Assembly: GCF_001194135.2 (NCBI RefSeq)
Contig: NC_068982.1
Span: 49,351,195 to 49,390,848 of the forward strand
Length of the DNA: 39,654 nt
Source of the DNA: Octopus bimaculoides
Taxonomy: Eukaryota
Direction: 5' to 3'
Both the position numbers and the translations under genes were made by a program. This document shows positions 34,794 through 39,654 of the stretch, piece after piece. Under the pieces are notes generated by a model. The model saw only the letters and a list, made by a program, of their open reading frames with translations, was not told the DNA's origin and made no database searches. Within the stretch, counting starts at the first letter, position 1. The number at the start of each line of letters is the position of its first letter.

Positions 34794-34992
34794 TGTCGAG
34801 TGGATAGGTCACAACCCCTGATTTTTATCGAAAGTTTTGGTAAAAAAAGTGTGACCTCTCTGCAAGTAAATATGGTACTTTATCTGGAATGTATGCATTT
34901 TACATATTGTAATCTTGTCTTTGGGGTATTGTTTTTTGGTGATTAATTTTACAGAAATATCAGAAAAGTACATTAGCTTGATGATGCAGTGA
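34794..34992 (+). CDS. Candidate exon pair 34794-34839 and 34955-34992 (CRVDRSQPLIFIESF/EISEKYISLMMQ*)
   Basis: Acceptor ttcttttcatttgtccctgtAG, donor G|GTAAAA, 115-nt intron, acceptor attaattttacAG, compatible phase, then a T/G-rich UTR-like stretch. No homology recognised. Confidence 0.2.
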
Positions 34993-35734
34993 AGGTTGCT
35001 CTTGTTATACCGAGTATTCTGTGTTATTTTTATGGTTTATATTGAATACAAAAGTCTTCCAGTTTTGTTTCTTTTTTTTTGTGTTTTATATTTATGATTA
35101 TTTCCTTGGTTAGTTGTTTGATACTGAGTTCTGTCTTAATGGAGCATAATGTTGATGTATCATGTTTGAGGTTGCTGTTTCCTTCAATGAGTTATCTTAT
35201 TCTGATGTGTAATTAGGTTTGTATTTTTCTCATGTTGTCTTGTGGATTTCCTAGATACATCTATACTTATTTTATTGAATGCATGTAACTGTATAAAGTT
35301 ATGTGTATGTAGGTATAATAACATGGAATTGTGTTAGATGTTATGTGATCTGAAAGAATAACATGAAGCTGTTAGGTGCTGAGTTGTCATAAAGAGTTTA
35401 GATGCCTAAACATCTCCAGCTCAAAGTTCATTGCATTCATACTAAAATGCCATGTTTTCATTATACATTACAAGCTTTTACATGTTATGTTCCATACCTC
35501 CAACATTATTATGTCTTATTCACCTACACCCATCACCAAAGGATCTTTCTTCTTCTTTACTAGATCTACATATGTCAATATAAACTGCAACTCACCATAG
35601 CTTAAATATTTTTCAGTTAATATTCGGTTGATTTTGCTTTTCATCTTTTCGGGGTTGATAAAATAAGTAATATATTCACACACACTTCACTCACACCCAC
35701 AGAAGTACATAATTCGTGAGCACAGGTTACATAT

Positions 35735-35949
35735 ACATACACACGAAACACACATTAACACACACAACATACATAGTCAAAGATAACTTTTGTCCACATA
35801 TATACAGCATACACATGCACACTGTTTCGCCACACACATACATGTGCATGCACCATGTGAAAAAGCACACATCAACTACTATACACAACACACACACATA
35901 CGCACATTGCACACATACACATTCACACACATTGCAGTCACTCACCCTT

Positions 35950-35994
<45 letters not shown>

Positions 35995-36004
35995 NNNNNN
36001 NNNN

Positions 36005-36043
<39 letters not shown>

Positions 36044-36080
36044 ATATACTCACAGACACCATTCTCACATACACATTCAT
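35735..36080 (+). repeat. CA-rich low-complexity tract with a (CA)n core spanning an N gap
   Basis: Read directly. Confidence 0.93.
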
Positions 36081-37789
36081 GCATGCGCACCTTCTCTTGT
36101 TGGGATCACTGTCATTTTATTATCTCTTATTCACCCTCTTTTTGTATTATTATCTCCCCTTCATTCACCCTCTTTTTTTATTATCTATCTTTCTTTGAAC
36201 CTCTTTTTTCCCAATCATTTGCCATGCTGGACCACTGAAATTTGCAAGTTTTTTCCATTCTTTCTCAGTTCGTTTTCTCTTATTTCTTTTTCTATAAATT
36301 TCAACTACACATGTGCGTATATGTATACATGCGTGTGTGTGGGTAGGTATTTGTGCAATGTAATAAAGAAAATGAAACAAAGTAAAGGAAAAAGAAATAA
36401 AACAACAAAAAAAAAGAAAGAAATTGAAGATGTATAAAAATAATGCCATCAATTGTTCATTCCTGCTGTTTGGTTGCCAACTACTTTGTAGAAAAAATCA
36501 ACTCAAACAAAGGATCAAACAAAAAAATTATAATTTAGTACTTTGCAGACACCATTAAGTTTGTCTTTTCTGACCCAACAAATGTTATTGCTCTTATACT
36601 AACTAAAATAATAAAATGATATAAAAATAAAATATGGCAATAATTATACCACCACATATATTAAACTATAAACACAGCTTTAATATTTTTACAAACTAAT
36701 TCATTTTCTTCTGTATCTTCGTTTTTGTTATACATGTGTAAATACACTTTAGAATTTCTTATATATACATGCATATACATTTACCGATCTATAGAGAACC
36801 TTCTTCTCTAGAAAAGTCTTTATATATAGGTTTATATATAGAAAGGTTTACATCTAGAACTTACCTACTTAAAAAGATCTGAGCTCATTCGCGTCAAAGA
36901 TCTAGAGTGAAAGTAAGCAGTTTAATTGGAATGCAACATGACTAGATACAATAAATCATAGACACTGTGTACCAACTTCAACAATGAAACTTACAAAATC
37001 GATGTTGAAACTTTCACCCATGTTGTGAGAAATCTACATAATGGAAAGATATCAGAAAGAGATCTCATAGTTGGCTAGCATAAGAAGTTGACTTTTTACG
37101 GAAGGCCACTTATTACAAATCTTTTAAAAATGATGGCAGACCAGGCTGACATACCAGACTGATTTGCCATGGCTTATGCAAACTTTGTGGACAAGAATGG
37201 GGAAAAAAAATTTTGTGGAAAACTCCATGACCATAGCCTGTCATAACCTATGTGAAAGCTCTACACAAGCTGCATGGACTAATTCTGCAAAGACCACTGA
37301 GAATCTAGTGATATAGTCAGTAATGAGCAGGCAAGTAGAAAGAATGGAGTGTGGGCATGCACCAAACCAATTTTAGTAAATAAAGATGTTCTGTCAAAAG
37401 TAAGAAGACAACTTAAAAACCTTGATGCAGTAAAGTCTGATTACAAAATGGCATCCAATTCCATTCCCTATTTAGGGCTACTGAAGTCACTGTAGCTGGG
37501 AAAAATGTTGCATTAATTACATTAGACACTGTTATTGGAAGGCTCACAAAGACCTAGTTCACAAACTTCACACTTCAAACTAAAAGAAGATTTGCTTCTA
37601 ATTTTATAAATATTTCAAATAACTTTTTTTTAATCAAAATCCACTAGCTATGTCCCAAAATCTACAATAGGAAGAGTTACTAGTATTCTAAGTATAAACA
37701 GGAATATATTTAACAAAAGAAAAACAAGAAAAACACAAAATAAAAGGTGGAAAAAACATCAATGCACCACAAGGTTCAACAGAATATAT

Positions 37790-37975
37790 TACTAATTTTG
37801 GCACAAGACTAACAATTTCGAGGTAAGGGATAAGTCAATTACATTGACTCTAGTGATCAAGAGGATGAAAGGCAAATTTGGCCACAGAAGAAATTGAACT
37901 CTTAACATAAAGACATACGAAATGCCACAAAGCATTTTGCCTAGTATGCTAATGATTCTGCGAGCTTGCTTTCTT
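37790..37975 (-). mobile_element. SINE family B, internally deleted, inserted in the Dong/R4 element
   Basis: TTTTGGCACAAGAC..GGATGAAAGGCAAATTTGGCC..AAATTGAACTC..AGCATTTTGCCTAGTATGCTAATGATTCTGC. Confidence 0.8.
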
Positions 37976-38297
37976 ACAAGAGTTACTAATATTACTCATA
38001 ATTTCTTAGTGGACGAGCTAAAGGTTTATACCCAAAATATTTACAATACTGAATCACAGCTGAATTTAATCGGAACATATTCCACTTATATAGGGATGGA
38101 ATGTGATCAAAAGAAGTGTTTTGTATTTAAAAGCTGAGCATTGAAATATTCCCAAACCTCAAATTATTACATCAATGGTACTTGTATTTACCATGTTTTA
38201 CAAAACGAGTGCTACAAGCACAAAGTATTAGTGAAAATAAAACATATAAAGGTGCTGTGAATAAAAATTGAGTAACCAAAGAATATAACAAATTTAA

Positions 38298-38495
38298 CCC
38301 TTTAGCATTCAAATTTTTCTATCAATTGTTTTGAATTAATCATGCAGTTTCCTGTAGGCTTGAGATTTCAATGATGTGATTATTAACTTTAAGAATGACC
38401 TTGCAGAGTAGGTTTGAGAAGCTGGATCTGGACAGTTTGAAAATAAAACAGGTTGAATATTTGTGCTGGATATGGCCAATTTAAATGCTAAAGGG
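38298..38495. mobile_element. piggyBac-like MITE family 1, 198 bp, opposite orientation, inserted in the Dong/R4 ORF
   Basis: TTAA|CCCTTTAGCATT ... AATGCTAAAGGG|TTAA; interior is the reverse complement of 6530-6749. Confidence 0.9.
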
Positions 38496-38909
38496 TTAAA
38501 GAAATATAGCAGTCACAATAACCCATAATGCATTTGCTGATAGGAACATCTGGAATGTTTGACTGATTTACAGAGGAAATCTGATCCATGTACATTAAAT
38601 CTCACACAAGTTCCTGAGATCAATAGCAAATTTCCACATAAACAGTAATACTGACAGACTTTGTCTCATAAGAATAGAGGGTGGATGAGGCTTCGAATGT
38701 CATCTGATATCTCTCAGACAATACTTGCGAAACAATAGCAGCAAACATAAATACAACAAAGTGATCAAAAGGGAATAACATCATGTGGGTCGGTAGTGAA
38801 CTCTTCCAGAAACTTTCCTATAGAGACAATGAATGCAGTGCTTGCATATCTCATTAAAGACCTGAAGAGAAATATTCTGTATACCACAAGAAGGTAAACT
38901 TGAAGAAGA

Positions 38910-39095
38910 CATTAATATTGGTTTCAAATTTAGGCACAAGGGCAGCAACTTTGATGGAGGGGGTAAGTTGATTACATCGACCCCCAGTGCTCATATGGTA
39001 CTTATTTTATTGACTCTGAAAGGATGAAAGGCAAAGTCAACACCAGTAACATTTGAACACAGAACACATACTAATGAATCTGCCAACTCACTGGC
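38910..39095 (-). mobile_element. SINE family B, reverse, with a deletion in the head
   Basis: TTAGGCACAAGG..GATTACATCGACCCCCAGTGCTC..GGTACTTATTTTATTGACTCTGAAAGGATGAAAGGCAAAGTCAAC..CTGCCAACTCACTGGCTT. Confidence 0.85.
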
Positions 39096-39141
39096 TTAAG
39101 AATTTTAATAAATAAAAAAGCAAACAGACACACACATACAT

Positions 39142-39176
<35 letters not shown>

Positions 39177-39378
39177 TATATGCTATGTTCAAGTTTATAT
39201 ACATATATATAACTACAATAAGGGTGTAAAAAATTTTCTAGCCTATATGCTGAGAAATAGACGCTAAATTGTCTCACTACTCAAAGAAGTCTGGTTTCAT
39301 TTTATATGCTGGCCACTGATAAAAGTTTTTTTTAAATAAGTTTTATCCTCTATTATTGTAATATATGCTCTGTTTTTT

Positions 39379-39417
<39 letters not shown>

Positions 39418-39428
39418 GCTATGTTCTG

Positions 39429-39464
<36 letters not shown>

Positions 39465-39654
39465 AGAAAACTGGTGGTAGTCTGCATTATCAAAACTCAC
39501 ATTTATTGGTATAAACGAAAAATATTCAAGAGGATATATCATTGTGAATGGAGGGTGCTGATTGTTCTAGACGAAGTCATTCTTTGTAGAAGAGATATGT
39601 TTCATCTTTTCAGGATAGAAGATAAAACAAAGATAAAACAGTCTGCTATGTTTC

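Larger units (their letters stand above)
36983..38900 (+). mobile_element. Decayed Dong/R4-clade LINE reverse transcriptase region, interrupted by two younger insertions
   Basis: Hand translation: RNLHNGKISERDLIVG*HKKLTFY..ADIPD*FAMAY..(ENSMTIACHNL)..KLYTSC..EQASRKNGVWACTKPILVNKDVL..KSDYKMASNSIP; ITHNFLVDELKVY..IGMECDQKKC; NKN*VTKEY; THNAFA; NFHINSNTDRLCLIRIEGG*G. These follow the R4/Dong order (NWKSPGxD, YRPIxCLN, EQxGxxKxxxGC, DYxKAFDSxPH, FxDDLKLY, GMxFGxxKC, DRLYxxRxxGGRG). Confidence 0.9.

Overview
AT-rich, microsatellite-dense eukaryotic genomic DNA with six N gaps. The tRNA-headed SINE families and the LINE/PLE mix look like an octopus (coleoid cephalopod) genome; this is an inference from remembered repeat types, not a database hit. 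I recognise no intact protein-coding gene, rRNA, functional tRNA or CRISPR, and the ORF-track entries I examined are microsatellite, SINE or decayed-transposon read-throughs. The window reads as intronic/intergenic. It contains about 30 SINE copies of at least three families (labels A, B, C are mine). It also holds decayed retroelement fragments: an L2/Crack-like RT, RTE 3' ends, a Dong/R4 RT broken by later insertions, and a Penelope GIY-YIG end. DNA-transposon relics comprise a Tigger/pogo transposase fragment, a hAT-Charlie MITE and several TTAA-flanked MITEs. The most interesting structure is at 19237-19870 (minus strand): a Penelope endonuclease end, then a tRNA-like A/B-box segment, an (AAT)n spacer and a minimal type I hammerhead ribozyme fold. 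A few splice-signal-bounded open segments may be exons of an unidentified host gene (low confidence). Coordinates of decayed repeats are approximate (about +/-10-20 nt).
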